Assembly: GCA_043228905.1 (NCBI GenBank)
Contig: JBHGNT010000018.1
Location: 62,001 to 126,000, forward strand
Origin: Azolla caroliniana
Taxonomy: Eukaryota > Plantae > Polypodiophyta
Direction: 5' to 3'
Length of the DNA stretch: 64,000 bases
The notes beneath the pieces are model-generated. The model was not told where the DNA came from. It saw only the letters and a list, made by a program, of their open reading frames with translations, and searched no databases. Shown here piece after piece: positions 1-17,678 of the stretch. Every line of letters begins with the position of its first letter. Position 1 is the stretch's first letter. The position numbers were made by a program, and so were the translations under genes.

Positions 1-849
1 TAGTTTCACCAGACTAATGTCTGTTATGAATGGGTCCACATTTTAGGTAACAAGTATCTTATGGGCGAAACATTTAAACATTTCAAAAAACCCAAACTGA
101 TTGAATTATAGAAATTAGATCATGGGAAGCAACAAAGACATCAATCTTTTGTGAATACTCTACTCTTCTCAATGTTGTTTTCTTAATAATTTTGCACAGA
201 GGTTTTAACTTAATTTCCTTGAGAAAATGACCTTTCACTACTGCAGCAATCAACAGTAATGTTAGTGTATCATATTTTGCCTTGGTATTTTCAGAAATAA
301 AAATGCTGCCCTACCTTTTTTTAAAGGCGACTTCAATTAAGTTTTTCTATTTTTCCTCAGGGTTTACATTAATTGTGCATAAGATCAATAGGAATCCTCG
401 TGAAACCTGTGTTGTAACCAAATAAAATTTTCTTATATACTAGGATTACCAAAATTTGACGAGTTACAATACCATTATTTAGCCCCTGAATGTTACTATT
501 ATCGAAAACACACTAGCCCTAGAAAACTTGCAAATCCATGATGAGGTGCATCACTTTTCTAGAAGCACATTCATGGTATTTCTATAAGAAATGCAGACTT
601 CGTATACTTCACACTAGTGGAAGACGATGGCTTATATACAAGGTTCAAGGCTTTTGCTGAATCACCCATAAGGCCTTTGTGCTCTGTATAACATGTAACC
701 AAACCAAGACCTTTGCTGCTTACAGACTCAGATGCCAAAGTACGATAAATATTTTACACTTAGCAACTACATTCCTTCTCCCTTCAAATGTTTAGTGGTA
801 ATAATTCTCAATACAAAAATCATATCAGAGAATAACTGTCTTTTAACGC

Positions 850-3800
850 TCACAGTTTCTCAGATGACGAGATCTTCCTCTTTAGACCAGCAACAGTAGA
901 TGCAGGTCGGCGTTGACTGAAATTGGCTCTACATGTCCGCAAAAACATAAAAAAAAGAATTTCATATTTCAAATAAGCTGTGCTATATACAAGGTTTCTT
1001 TTAAGGTAACATATTTCAAATCAGCTTCACTATAAGACTTATTTAAGGTGTCATATTTCAGTAAGATACTATTATGAGAGAAGGTATCAGAACAGATTGA
1101 TTATTATATGGAGCACAATTGTATAAAATAACTTACCCGCATGTTGAGCATGAACCATGCTTCTTGCAGAAGATAGACAAGCATACAGAACATATAAATC
1201 CAGTATCAATTATCTTCTTATGGCAAAAACACCTGTGCATGTGTCAGCAATCTTATAAGGTGCATACAGCCATGGAGGAAGCAGCTGGTTGAAAGATAGT
1301 TTTAAAAAAATGATTTGATGGATACAGCAAATGCCGAGGTACTCACGATGCACGAAAATCAACACCAGTAGGACGTGGTAATTGCAGAAACCTTCGAGAG
1401 TGTAGATCAGTGGCAAAAACCATCTGCGTGCAATGACAAATGTAACCTGATACTTACTAGTAAATACACTATGAGCAAGCATTTTTAACTCAAAATTTAA
1501 ATAAAAAACATAGTGTCAAATCACATATTTCAAAGCTCATCTATTACTAATGATATTGCAACTGTTACACTTTTCATACAGATCTAGTCCCTTTTGCCAA
1601 AATATCTGCTGCTCACCATAAGATATTGAAACATGCCTTCTGGTAAAGTCGGTTTCATGTATATACCCCCAGTTATATGGGCTGCCTGTTAACATTAAAA
1701 AAATTAAGCTACGTGGTGGTTTACCTTACAATCCCATGTTTGTAGATATGTGAACACATCACCTGCTGCAAAAATGCTGAATGTTCTGTACCTACCATAC
1801 AGGCATCAATAGGGATCTACATGCAATGAAAAGAGAAATAAGCAGGGTCAGCAGTAGATCTTTTTCAAAGTATTAGTTTGATGCATACTAATCATATACG
1901 GATGTTTTGACAACCAGATCCCAACCTACCATCATGTGCTTTGGTTTTAGGAAGAGTTATTTCTATATGCATAAATATACTAGAAATCAATTTTGGTTAT
2001 GGTTGTCCATTATCAGAGAGAGGTTTCCGCAAATTGCAACAAAGGTTACACAATTCTTAATGCATAACCTAATGATTATAAGAACCTTGGTCTTTCTTTA
2101 ACTCCAACCTAGTGCTGAGGTGTGAACCATCAGAGAGAATGCAACAACTTCAATAAGAAAGAGGTAACTTGATAAGGGAAGATGCTATTTCACCATTAAC
2201 CGTTGAGCTGAAAACACAGCATTCATGATAGCCACATACCTATGCAGATCAAGAAATCCACAAAGATGGGGTTTAGTTAAATGCAAAATGCTAAAAAAAA
2301 CAAGCACAAAATAGGGATTGTTAATACATACTGTTGGGGGGCATCACCTTTTCCTTGCAAGCACAGTATCTGTAACAAATACTCTTATCAAAATACATTT
2401 TTTGAAAATGTGGGCATCTACATGGACATATTCGTACTATTTCAAACTTCAGTCATTAGTTTACGTAACACCTTTAGCTAATAACTGATCAGTAAAGCTA
2501 AATTTATCGAACAATTTCAGAGATTAAATTTAAACTTTGCTGTGGAACCTAATTGATTATTAATTACAGAGTAACAGAACTTGACATTTAAAACAGAATA
2601 ACATTAGTAAATGAACGTAAGGTTTAAAACGGAATAATTAATTATATATGTAATCCAAATTGTGGTCTTTACCTAAATGTATACAGTATGTAAATAAGTA
2701 AATATATATCTAATGATTTGTATTGTGATTTACTTTACAAAACTGTTACATATTTTTGAATTGAAAAGAAACCTCAAAAAAATTCTTGCAACGTTATTAG
2801 TACAGTAAGACAGAAAAGCAAGTTCCTGTAGCTTGTGAAACACCAAAACGCTATGCAAAAGATAATTCAACAAATAGAAACTCAAATTATTCTGCCTTTT
2901 ATAGTCTAGGTTATGAACAAAAGTCAACCAGAAGAAGTAGCTCAATGTGCAGAATAAAACTTTTACCCAACAAAGGCCATATATTCTCAAAGTCTAAATG
3001 AACATATAATGCAAAGTATTACCCGAGGTTGGGGGTGTGACGGACCAGCTTTAAATGTTCTTTGTATATCTGCATTATGTCAAAAAAAATCCTCCAACCT
3101 TGGGTGCAAGAATGCCTTAATATAGTGGATGCACAACCAGATTCAGATTTTGAATATTTCATACTGATATTTTGGAGTGGTAAAGGTAAGGATACAGCAA
3201 AGTGACATTGAGAGAGCTCCAGATAACAGAGAAAACTCATTAAAAATCACTTCTTCAGGTAAGACACTTTCCTTCTGTAAGAACCTCTCCAACTGTTTTA
3301 ATATTCTTGATGGAAAGGAGGCCTGCTGTCTCTTATTCCTACTGCCTGAAGGTTCACTTGAGCTGCTTTCAGAATTGAACACAAAACCACACGTGCGGGC
3401 TCCATAGGCTATGACAACAAGCTGGTTTAAGTTGTTCAGCAGAAGAATTGAGTTCATGAATAGGACCACCTGGATTGGAAAAGAATTTTCAAGTTCCACC
3501 AAATTTAATGAGCATGATTCACACATATGGTGGTACATCTTCGTATAACATATCCATGGAAACCGAACATTTTGCAGACCACCTACTCAAGAGAGCCTCA
3601 AATCTAAACAGAAACAGATCAAAGTTTCCTAGATATTGATTATTTCTTTAAAACTTTCACTAAAAATCCATAATCTTTCAATTCTGTTTAAAACTCATTT
3701 AAACAGAAAAGAACGCCTACGGATCCTTGATCATATTCACGCACTACAAGATACTTTGATGAACTGTTGAATGAAATAATCGATATCTAAAAAGGTTTGA

Positions 3801-5041
3801 CATGGGGTACCGCTCGATCCTTGCTAGGGTTCAAGCACAACATTTGATCACAAGGCATTTAGAGATCAAACACAAAGCAATGAGAAAAATAAAAAGTGTC
3901 TTACATGAATAGAATGATGACTTGAATTGTGTGATCACAAGCATGCATAGAATGCGAGCTTATATTTTACATGAACTGACAAGCCGGTTTAAGTTGTTCA
4001 GAAGAAGCATCTTACACGAAATGAACAATGACTAGAAACATGTGATCACAAGTAGGCAGAGAATTGGAGCTTACATTTGCAGGTATAGAGCAGTATAACT
4101 TTGTTAATGCAACACAGAAATGGAAAGCAAACATTTTACAGATCTACTCAAGAAAACTTTCAAGGAGATCAAAGTTTTCAAGATATCAATCATTTCTTGA
4201 AAAAGTTCATCAGAGCATCTTGCAGTATTGGGGTCGGTTAAGGCCCCAAGGACTCTTGTCATGTACACTTTGATGTTTCCTCCTAGAAGCTCTCTCTGGT
4301 TCTTGCTAGGGATATTTGACTTGTACAAGCATTATACTTTGGACTTCTGACTTTGGGCCACTTGGAAGTTTTTAACCTACACTGTCCAAGTGGGCCAAAT
4401 GCCCACTTTAATAAAATAATGTCGCAAACACCCTAGATTTTATGCTAAATCTTGTACAAGCCCTCTCTCACCCACCTACATCCGGTTGGTCTGGGCTCAC
4501 CTATACCTGATGAGTCGCTACTAAAAGAAAATCTATTAATTCTCGTACACCTGGACAGCAAATGTTTCGAAGATCTACTCAAGACAACCTTAAATCTAAA
4601 TTTGAATGACATAAAAGTTTTCTGGATATTGATCATTTCTCAAAGAAGTTCACCAGAGAATGATTAGAATCAACACCAGATAAATTCTCTTATGAACCTT
4701 TGTACAAAATCAACAATGACTAGAATCATTTGATCACATGGAATGAGAAAAATGAAAAGCATCCTACAAGCATAGATCACAAGCATGTGTAGATTGTGAA
4801 CTTACATTTTGCATGAACTGATTGAAGGTGAGACCTGTAGAGCTAGTGCTCCTCCTTCCCCAAAAGAATGGGTTAACATCAATGAGGACTACCACTTGAC
4901 TTGCATCATCTGAGCTCATTGCAAAATAGAACAGATTCCGAGACAACATACTGTAATTAGAAGAAAAGAAGATGGTATTGCTGCAACAGGAGAGGAATCA
5001 AAATACTAACCTCGGCCTCTTTGGTGGGACGCTTCTTCCAT
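850..5041 (-). CDS. TFB4: General transcription/DNA repair factor TFIIH subunit p34 (TFB4/GTF2H3), about 11 coding exons
   Basis: Hand-spliced GT-AG exons: 5011-5041 (MEEASHQRGR), 4806-4909 (DDASQVVVLIDVNPFFW), 3196-3469 (VVLFMNSILLLNNLNQLVVIA...SLLSGALSMSLC), ~3023-3069 (YIQRTFKAGPSHPQPR), ~2332-2369 (ILCLQGKGDAPQQ), ~2195-2239 (YVAIMNAVFSAQR), ~1763-1816 (IPIDACMVGTEHSAFLQQ), ~1617-1685 (AAHITGGIY), ~1346-1422 (VDFRAS), ~1137-1232 (CFCHKKIIDTGFICSVCLSIFC...CSTCG zinc finger), last exon ~850-928 ending TGA. Confidence 0.93.
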
Positions 5042-6546
5042 TTATTACAAAAATAACCTTGCGGCATGTATTTGATCCTTCAAACTGATAGGAATCCTTC
5101 ACATTAAAATGTTTGCATTACATGCAAGTTCAAAGCTAGCCTAACTAAAACTAGTTAGGGAAGAAACAAGCCTACACGAGCTGAACTAAAACTAGTTTGA
5201 TGATGAAACAAAAGACAAAAAAATGGAATACACACAAATTTTTGCACCACATTGAACACTTGCTTTAACATACTGACTCATGACATCAGAGAATGAAGAA
5301 CTCACAAAGTTTTAACCACGATCTCTACTTGTTCATGTTTAAATCATAACATTACAAATGAAACTTCTCACATCTGCGTATGAAATAAAGTATCTCCATG
5401 CTCACATTGTCCTAATCTGTGCTTTCGAATGCTATATGCTGCATATGAAAGAAGGAAAGAGCATCAAGCCATTTAGATGCACTTAACATAAGCTTTGGCG
5501 ATCATCTGTCAGAAAAAGATAGTAGTGTTGGTACTCAAAAATCAATGTGTACACATGAGAAACCAAGAGAAAATGAGGACGTAACTAATGTGAAGCCAAT
5601 TGTGATGGAGGCTCTAATGTTAGTCAATGGTGGGCTTAAGAATGAGATCCATCCATTAATGGAAACAATCCACACTAAAAAAGATGATGGAGATTTGGTC
5701 TAATCAAGTTGATGATGGAGATTTCATGCACATAACTTTCTCGATGCTTTAAATGGGTTTGAGAAGTGAAAAACTTGGGTTTTAGGCCTCATGCAAAGAT
5801 TAACACATTGAAATATACTCCACGAATGAGTTATATTAAACTCAAGGCAAACTATTATAACCATACTCTCATTGAGCAATGCATTAGCAGAAAATTTTGG
5901 ATATTTCAATACAAAAAAAGTGCAAATTAAAACAAAGATTAAGGGCTCATGCCCTCAATTTGACATAATATTAATTGCCAAAGAACAATACATTTGTCCA
6001 CCTACTAACGCAGCTTCGTGTTTCATCAACTTGTGGTTATACATCAAATCCAAAACCCCAACTTTGATTTCAAAGGTGGAATCTTAGCTTCTGAAATATC
6101 TTTGTAATCCTAGTCAATATTTCGATATTTGACCTAGCATACTTGTAGATTGACTCTGTCAATGTTCCCATAAATACGTCACACTAAGCAATCACCCACC
6201 TTCTTGACAATCTTTTATGCATTGTGCCAATGCCCATTTTTTGCATGATGTAATTACCCACATGCCAAGAGTCTTATTTTGTGCCTTTATAAGGTTCAAT
6301 CTCAACTTTAATGATGTCCCTTTGTTGGAGAATACCCCTTGGCTTGAAAGTATATTCGCGTGTACCTTTAGCAATACTATTGAATTTCAATGTGTTTCTC
6401 TTGTTCTTAAAAAAACCACATTCTCTGCCATACATACAACAGATAGAAAAACAGAGAAAAACAAAGAACAGAGAACAGATTCAAAAAAAGGAGAGAAAAC
6501 TGAGAGAATTCATAAACAGAAACAGAAAAACAAAGAAGATACGTAC

Positions 6547-6785
6547 TTCAGAGTGATCGAGTGACGAATAGCGAGCGAGGAGCGAGGAGGAGTGGGCAAC
6601 GAGCAAGGAACAAAGAGCAGCAAAGAAGGGAGCGGAGCAACGAGAAGAAGGAACAGACAGGGAGCAGCGAGCAACGCGAAGAAGGAATGCAGTGAGTGAG
6701 TGAGTGAGTGATTCGTGAATAACAGGGAGAAAGAGGGAGAAAAGAAAAGAAAAGCTATAGAGGGCAGCACAGCATAGCATAGCCC
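6547..6785 (-). other. Probable 5' UTR exon of TFB4
   Basis: CT-rich tract on the minus strand ending in a donor-like GAA|GTACGT at ~6546, upstream of the TFB4 ATG. Inferred; no transcript evidence. Confidence 0.5.
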
Positions 6786-7400
6786 ATCATTATTATATCA
6801 ACCCTCTTCCACACCCACGATTTCATGGTTCGGTTCGGTTCAAGTTTTAAAATTTTTAAACGGTTCGGTTGAGACACTCTCAAACAGAACTGAACCGAAC
6901 CGTTGCAGATTGTTTGTTATATACAACTACAAAATTGACCATTATAAAATTACAAAAGATAAGAAAAAAGGGAAAACGTCGATTAAAAAACATTCCCGAG
7001 GATCACGGAAAAGTAATTAGATGAAAAATTAGAGACTTAGTAGAGAGGGGACACAAATGGGATGAGGAGATATTAGAGACTTAGGTCACAAACTCAGGAG
7101 GTGGAGTGAGGATCCATAGAGAGAACTCTTAGAAGGGAAAAAAAGCTGAGCTGAGCTGAGCTGAGCTGGAGTGGGCAAACTGAAAAAGGGGGGGGTGGAT
7201 TCCTTTCCAGAACTCGAAAAAGAATTCATACATACACTACTACACGATCTCAAAACTAAACGCTCTTTAAAGAAAGCAAAAAGCATTGAGATTCATTATG
7301 AAACCCACGCGCAAGAAGGACATGACGCAGAGGGCAAAAGCAAAACAAGAAGAAGAGGAGAGGGAGCTAATAAAAGTAAAGAGAGGAAAACCAAAGATGC
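6786..7400. promoter_or_regulatory. Divergent (bidirectional) promoter region between TFB4 and hexokinase
   Basis: Head-to-head genes with UTR-like microsatellite tracts on both sides. Contains GGTTC/GAACC inverted repeats at 6827-6902. Confidence 0.45.
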
Positions 7401-7404
7401 GCCT

Positions 7405-7442
<38 letters not shown>

Positions 7443-7513
7443 GACTGCTACCTACATCTTTGTCTGTCTCCGACAGGAGTCTCGCCCGCCATCGCTATTT
7501 ATTTTCTGCTGCT

Positions 7514-7544
<31 letters not shown>
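7405..7544 (+). repeat. (CTA)n and (CT)n microsatellites in the probable hexokinase 5' UTR
   Basis: Directly visible ctactacta... run at 7405-7442 and ctctct... run at 7514-7543. Confidence 0.9.
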
Positions 7545-7545
<1 letters not shown>

Positions 7546-8298
7546 AGCAGAAAGGAAGAGGAACAAGCAAGAAGCAGAAATAAAGGAGAAAAGAAGAAGA
7601 AAGAAAAAAATGATGTGATCAGGTAGCACGTAAAGCCTTCGAATTTTCCTTTAGAAATAGCTTCTTACAGTAAAGATTGCCATCATCATCTTTACATTAT
7701 TTCCTTTAGAAATAGCTTTTGAAATCCTTCTTCCTGTCTTTCGAATTTGTCACCGCCTTCTCTCATTATATTACCCGTACCTTGATCTGTGACAACCTCG
7801 ATCCTTGTCCTAGATTTTCGAAATTTCCTTCACTGCATTCATCTTGAACTCCTAATTTCGGCCTCTTTCTCGTTATTTTCGCTGAGAAATCTCTGATTTG
7901 TCAACAAGAAGATCTGTCGACTAATTATCTGCAATCAATTAGTTGCAATTCCTCTATTAATCTTTGTGTTTTTGGAGAAATTTCTGTTCTCATCTGCACC
8001 AAAATCAGAACAACCCGGCATTAGTTGGAATTCCCTAAGATCTTTGCATTTTTCTGAGAATTTTAGGATTTGCAGATCCGTCAAATTATTTTGGCAAAAT
8101 TTGACTCTTTATGTTTTCTGAGAGATTTTTCATTTATCTTGGAAAATTGCCATAGAAATCTTTGCGTTCTCTCCCTTTCTGATCTCTTTAACCTTGTGAG
8201 CTTTTATTTCTGAGAAATCGCTTGACTTGTTTCTAGAAGAAGATCCATCAACTCATCTGCAAAATTCGCCGAAATTGTGTACGAATCTTGCATGTATT

Positions 8299-12437
<4,139 letters not shown>

Positions 12438-13974
12438 CTTCCCATTATATCTTTTTCACCTTTCACACCAATTGAAATAAATAAACACTAACCTCTTTGC
12501 TTCACATTGTATCTTTTTCACCTTTTCAATCGGGACTATGAATAAATTAACTCCTGATCTGTGCAATGTATCTCCCCCTTGAATTGATACATAGATCAAA
12601 TGATGAGTTAACCGTTTTTCATTTCTCTCAGTGTAGTCCAAATGCAGCATGCGGCAAAGAGTTGAATTCTTGACCTTCTGCTTACATGACAAGGACCGTA
12701 AGCTAGTATGCCAACTTCAGTGAATAATTATTGTTACACTTTATCCCTCATGTAATCAAATTATAGAAAACTGTGGACTCTCCACAGACATTGTATAACA
12801 TGATGACTAAACCCATTTGGCTAACATCACAGAATTCTTGGAAATAATGAATGTGTTACGTAGATCTTCATGTTGAACCAAGGTGCTCACAGAATTATCA
12901 GGTAATAATTTGTTACTGAAGTAATACAATATGAAAATTTGAAAAATCTTGAACCAAGCTGCTCCCAAAAAATCTTGAAAATAATTTGATACTTCTGTCT
13001 ACATGTAAGCATATTTTGTTGAATCAAACAGCTGCCAATGTAATCCAGATGCCAGAGGTTGGAGTACAGAATGTGCTCTAGTAATTGTTCCAATGATAGG
13101 CTTTTGGGAGTGAGCATATAGTTGTTTGACTGTTTGGATCTATCATCTGATTTAAGGCAATGGTCCGAGCTCTTCTATTTTACAAGCTCTAAATGCAAGG
13201 TATTAGTCCCAAGTGATAAATGATTTGTATTTTTTATGGTCATTGCTCAAGCATATGGGGAAGCAAAGGAAGTCATTACTGTGAGTAAATCCTGATCTTG
13301 TTAAACTCTTTCTCTTCCTCAACATGGGGGGTTCTGATCGGGCAGCCAAATAGAATGGCATTTTCACCATAGGATGAGGCTAATATTTGTTCTCTTCGAC
13401 TGCAGCTCACTGACATCTTTTAAAAACTGTCTATTAACATCAGTTGGTAGGCAACAGTGCTGAAGTGCACAACTAAAACGTGCTTTCCTAAAATCCAAGA
13501 TTTAATCCAATAACAAGATTTATGAGTCAAAGATCTTATCCTCTACATTAAGACATGATCTATACACTAAATTAAAATTCATATTTTAGAAATTGTATGT
13601 CATGAACATAAAGAAATCATAATTATTATCCATGATCCATGATTTCATCCAACATTCAAAATATGTAAAAAGTAAGATTCTAGCTACCATCGTCCATCTT
13701 GATACCAAACATACAATATGTCCACAATTGATGTCACGGTAAATTTTTAGTAGTTTACCTTATAATCCCTTCATACAACCCAACTCATGATTACAGCATC
13801 CATGAGCCCGTGAGTAATCCCAACCACTTTCTTGCCAAATCAGTACGAAACCCATCATGTCAAAACAGTGCTAGAAAGATCTAGTCTGACAATCCGGTAG
13901 TCACACAATATAGAAAACAAGAAAGTACCCAAAACATACCCTGGGTGACCCATAGGAAAAGTTCTATAGTATAA

Positions 13975-15379
13975 TGTGGTGCTCATGTCATGTCCCAACC
14001 AGGATGCAGTTCCAATCTGAATTGGGACTCGCAAAGTGACCCAGTCCCAATCCCTATCCCAAAAGGTGCACCACCCTGAATTGGGACAACCAATCCCAAT
14101 GGCTAGCCCAAAGGCCATATCTTGGCCTATATAAGGAGGAGCTTCTCCTCATTTGTGATTATTCTCGACCTCTAAGTTCTAATCTCTCCCCTTGTAACAT
14201 TTGAAGCTCTCTAGTCCCTCATCATCTTTTTGGGAAGTTGTCCCAACGGACCTTGGTGAGTTTCGACTCATCCCAACCTCATTTTTGGTTTGTCCTAACA
14301 TGGGACCGTTATAAGCCTATATCTTTCCATATAATAGAAATAATCCTTTCTGTCCCAATTCTCTTTGTCCTAATGTGTTTTCGTGCGGTTTTGAGACCCC
14401 CATAATCTAGGGGCATAACACTTGATATCAAAGCGAGAACATGAGTTGGGAGAAGACACGATGTTGAGGCCGAAGAAGGAGACCAAAGGAAGAGATAGCG
14501 ATAAGGAAAGTAGATTGGACTCGGAATCGGAAGCAATCAAGGAGCGAGTCCCGAATGGAACAAAGAACCCTAAGAGAACCAAAAGCAAGAGTTCAGAATC
14601 GAGGTTGTCCCAATCAAGATCGATGACTGCGGTGCAAAGGTAAATGGGACGCAAGGACCCTTAAAAGACGAGGTCGAGCAAGGGTTGGGAATCAAGTGTC
14701 TCCCAACCAAGCCAAACAAGGAAGAGCAACTCAAGACAAAAAGTACCAAACATGCCCCCAAGGTCGGAGTCACGTGAAGGACCGAGGAGCTAAGGATCGA
14801 AGACGAACCAAAGATAAAAAGCTTTATCAAGAAGGGAGGACTTCCTAGAAAAGAAAGGCAAAGGCAAGGTGATTGAGGGTAACCTGAAGGAAACAAGGCA
14901 CAAACCCAAGCAACAAAGGAACTTGGGACACTATTTTGAGTGTGATGAAACTCAAGCTCCATGGCACACAAGAAACCTATCCCAACCAGGACACAATCCC
15001 AATCTAAACTAGGACTCACAAAGGGACCTAGTCACACTCCCAAAAGGGACACCGCACTAGCTTGGGACAAACAATCCCAATGGACTACCCAACGACCATA
15101 CCTTGGCCTATATTATTAGGAAGAGCTTCTCCTCATTTGTGATTATTCTCAACCCATGAGTTCTACTCTCTCTCCTCATCATTTGAAGTTCTTTAGTCCA
15201 TCATCATCTTTTTGGGAGGTTGTCACAACGGATCTTGGCAGAGTCCCAACTTCATTTTTTCTTTTGTCCTAACTTGGGACCATTGTAAGCCTATATCTCT
15301 TCCTATCATAGAAATCATCATTTTTGTCCTAATTGTGGTTTTGTGTGGTTTTGAGGCCCCCATAATGAGGGGCATAACA
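13975..15379 (+). mobile_element. Small non-autonomous LTR element (TRIM-like): two ~440-bp LTRs, degenerate tRNA-Met PBS, ~520-bp internal region
   Basis: Direct repeats at ~13975-14420 and ~14941-15379, both starting TGTG and ending GGGCATAACA. TGATATCAAAGC at 14423-14434 matches the PBS TGGTATCAGAGC with 2 mismatches. No pol domains inside; no clean TSD. Confidence 0.75.
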
Positions 15380-15675
15380 ATATAGCTAGACAACTACTAC
15401 TTTTGGGTCACTCAAAATGATAGTTGCATAAATTTACACATGCTTCACATACCACCAAAAACAGTAATTTTATGCTCATAGAACAATTATAAGCAACAAT
15501 AATTCGAGCAACCGTATCATGAACTTGTACTAAGGTTACTTAGAGTTTTAGCAATATATCAAAGGTTACTTAGTAGCACCCATAGATTGACACATGCATG
15601 ATATTCGTGCTATTCTCTATGTGTGATATTCACAATATTCGAGAATACAAAATGGCCCCAAGAATATTATAAAAC

Positions 15676-17626
15676 CATTTGTTTTGCATTATATAAATAT
15701 CCAAAAAATTAATTAAATTTTATTTTTTTTAAATTAAATTAACTAAACAAAGAACAATCATTCTTAGTAAATTATAAAAATATGATTAGTATTAACTCCT
15801 TTATAGTGTCAAGTAAAAAAGGGGGGATTTTATTAACCTTTATTTAATTTAATTAATTTATTAAAAAACCCACTTTTTTTAATTAAAAAAATCCAAAACA
15901 AAATTGCTTCCATTAGTTATAAAGATTTTACAGATGAGATTATTATATACAAATCCCTATGGGGACACAATAGGTCCATCTTATGTGGATGCCCATTGCC
16001 TCAAGAAAGGGAGAGGACGACCATTGTTGGATAAAGGCTAGTCGTTGTCTTTCAACTCTATCATGGTCGCCCTTGAGGCCATCATATTGGCTCTTTAGAG
16101 TGGTCAGAGCTTCACTCCATATCTCTTGCATTAACATTATTGGTTGCGTGCTTTAGTTAGAAAAGACCCATCTACAGCGTTGTTTCCATAGAATCCAAAG
16201 AGTTATTCGGCTAACCAATTCCAACCCAACTTGAGATTTGGCACTAATAAGAGTTGAGTGGATATTGTCAATGGTGGAGAAAAAAAACCTCTTGTGCTTT
16301 TATAACCAAAGTCATCCCCTCTTCCTGATGCTCATATTTGTCAATTGGGGCCTGCCATGATAGCCAACATACATTCCCCCACTTGATTGAGCCTTGCACC
16401 TAGCATAATTGCAATAAGTTGCCAACCCCCCGCCATATTTGATGGGACTCTAGGCAGTCCCATAGAGTGTGTTGTATGGATTCTAGCCTATCCATTTCTC
16501 CGGTGTCGTCCTTTGATGGTCAACTTCCCTAATCAGTAGAGTGTTAATTATTTCAGATCTCATAGCCCATCCGCCCCTGATTCCATGGAGGATGTTGGCT
16601 TGGTCTTGTATTGACGATGACATAAACCATCTCCAACATTCTATACTTTTTCTTGGACCTTCCAACATGTATCCCCATTACAGCCCCTTACTTGATCCAA
16701 TTAGTTGATTAGATTCATCCCTAATACATGGGTTCCATAGGATACATTGACTCAACCAAGCAGGTTCGGAATTGGGTTGATCGCACTTGAGTCCTCGTCT
16801 AATGTCACACCACGTCTTCCACATGGATGCACTAAATCTATCCTCCAGTTGGCAGGAGAAACTAGGTTTGAGATCCATGTTTAGAATCCACCCAGTTTGG
16901 GGGGGCCCAATTGGTCCCTTTTCGTGGCCTAAAGTAAGCGAAGTGTAACCGCAGTAACATTTTCTAGCAGTCATTCCTTGGTTGGACTACTCGCACTACA
17001 AATTGGGCGAGTAGGGCTTTTGATTGTGAGAGGGGATCAATAAGACCCAATCCTCCTCTCGACGTAGGTGATGTGAGTATAGGCCACGCCACCTTGGTCC
17101 GAGTTGTATGATCTTCCTTACCAGACCAAATGTAGTTGCGTACCAGGTGTTGAATATGGTGTATACTTTCCTTGGAGATTGTCCAGCATGATAGGTTGTA
17201 CCATGATGTTGCGAGTAATACCTGGTTTGCCACTATGATGCACCCTGCTAGCAAGAGTTTTTTTGAACTCCAATGTGTTAACTTTTTGTTGAATGGAGTG
17301 AATAACTAGTGTAATCATAGTCTCTAGAGGTATGTTGAACCCAATTTGGAAACCCAAATATTTGGTGCTCGCTCCTTGATTGATCCACATCCACTTGAAA
17401 GCGGGATCTAGGTGCCACACAAGATGTGCTTCATGGCCATTCGTTTCGCATTATATAAATATCAAAAAATTCATTAATTCATTTTTTTTAAAAATTAATT
17501 AACTAAAAATAGAACAATCATTCATTAGTAGATTATAAAAATATGATTAGTATTAACTCTCCTTTATAGTGTGAAATAAGGGAGAGTTTGCAAACCTTTA
17601 TTTAATTTTATTTATTTATTTAAAAA
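15676..17626. repeat. Pair of ~190-bp AT-rich direct repeats bracketing the LINE fragment
   Basis: GCATTATATAAATATC...AATTAACTAAA...AGAACAATCATTC...ATTATAAAAATATGATTAGTATTAACTC...CTTTATAGTG occurs at ~15686-15870 and ~17448-17625. Confidence 0.85.
15943..17420 (-). mobile_element. Truncated, degenerate L1-like LINE ORF2 3' portion
   Basis: Broken ORFs with TKYLGFQIG, VANQVLLATSWY, IRNYIWSG...KVAWPILTSPTSRGGLGLIDP (typical plant LINE post-RT motifs). A zf-RVT-like HTLWDC segment lies near 16460. Confidence 0.85.
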
Positions 17627-17678
17627 CGAATATTTTTATATTTATTATAGAAATATGATTAGTATGAAGTCACATTTT

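Noticed and set aside
5870-6400. Short ORFs in the TFB4 5' intron region
   Set aside because: No motif support or splice context; probably non-coding or an unrecognisable TE relic.
7610-7618. Minimal uORF ATG-ATG-TGA before a putative hexokinase UTR donor
   Set aside because: The transcript structure is unknown and such a short pattern is expected by chance.
7171-7626. 151-aa ORF with a poly-Leu tract
   Set aside because: GTG start, and built from (CTA)n and (CT)n microsatellites in a probable UTR/promoter. No family motif.
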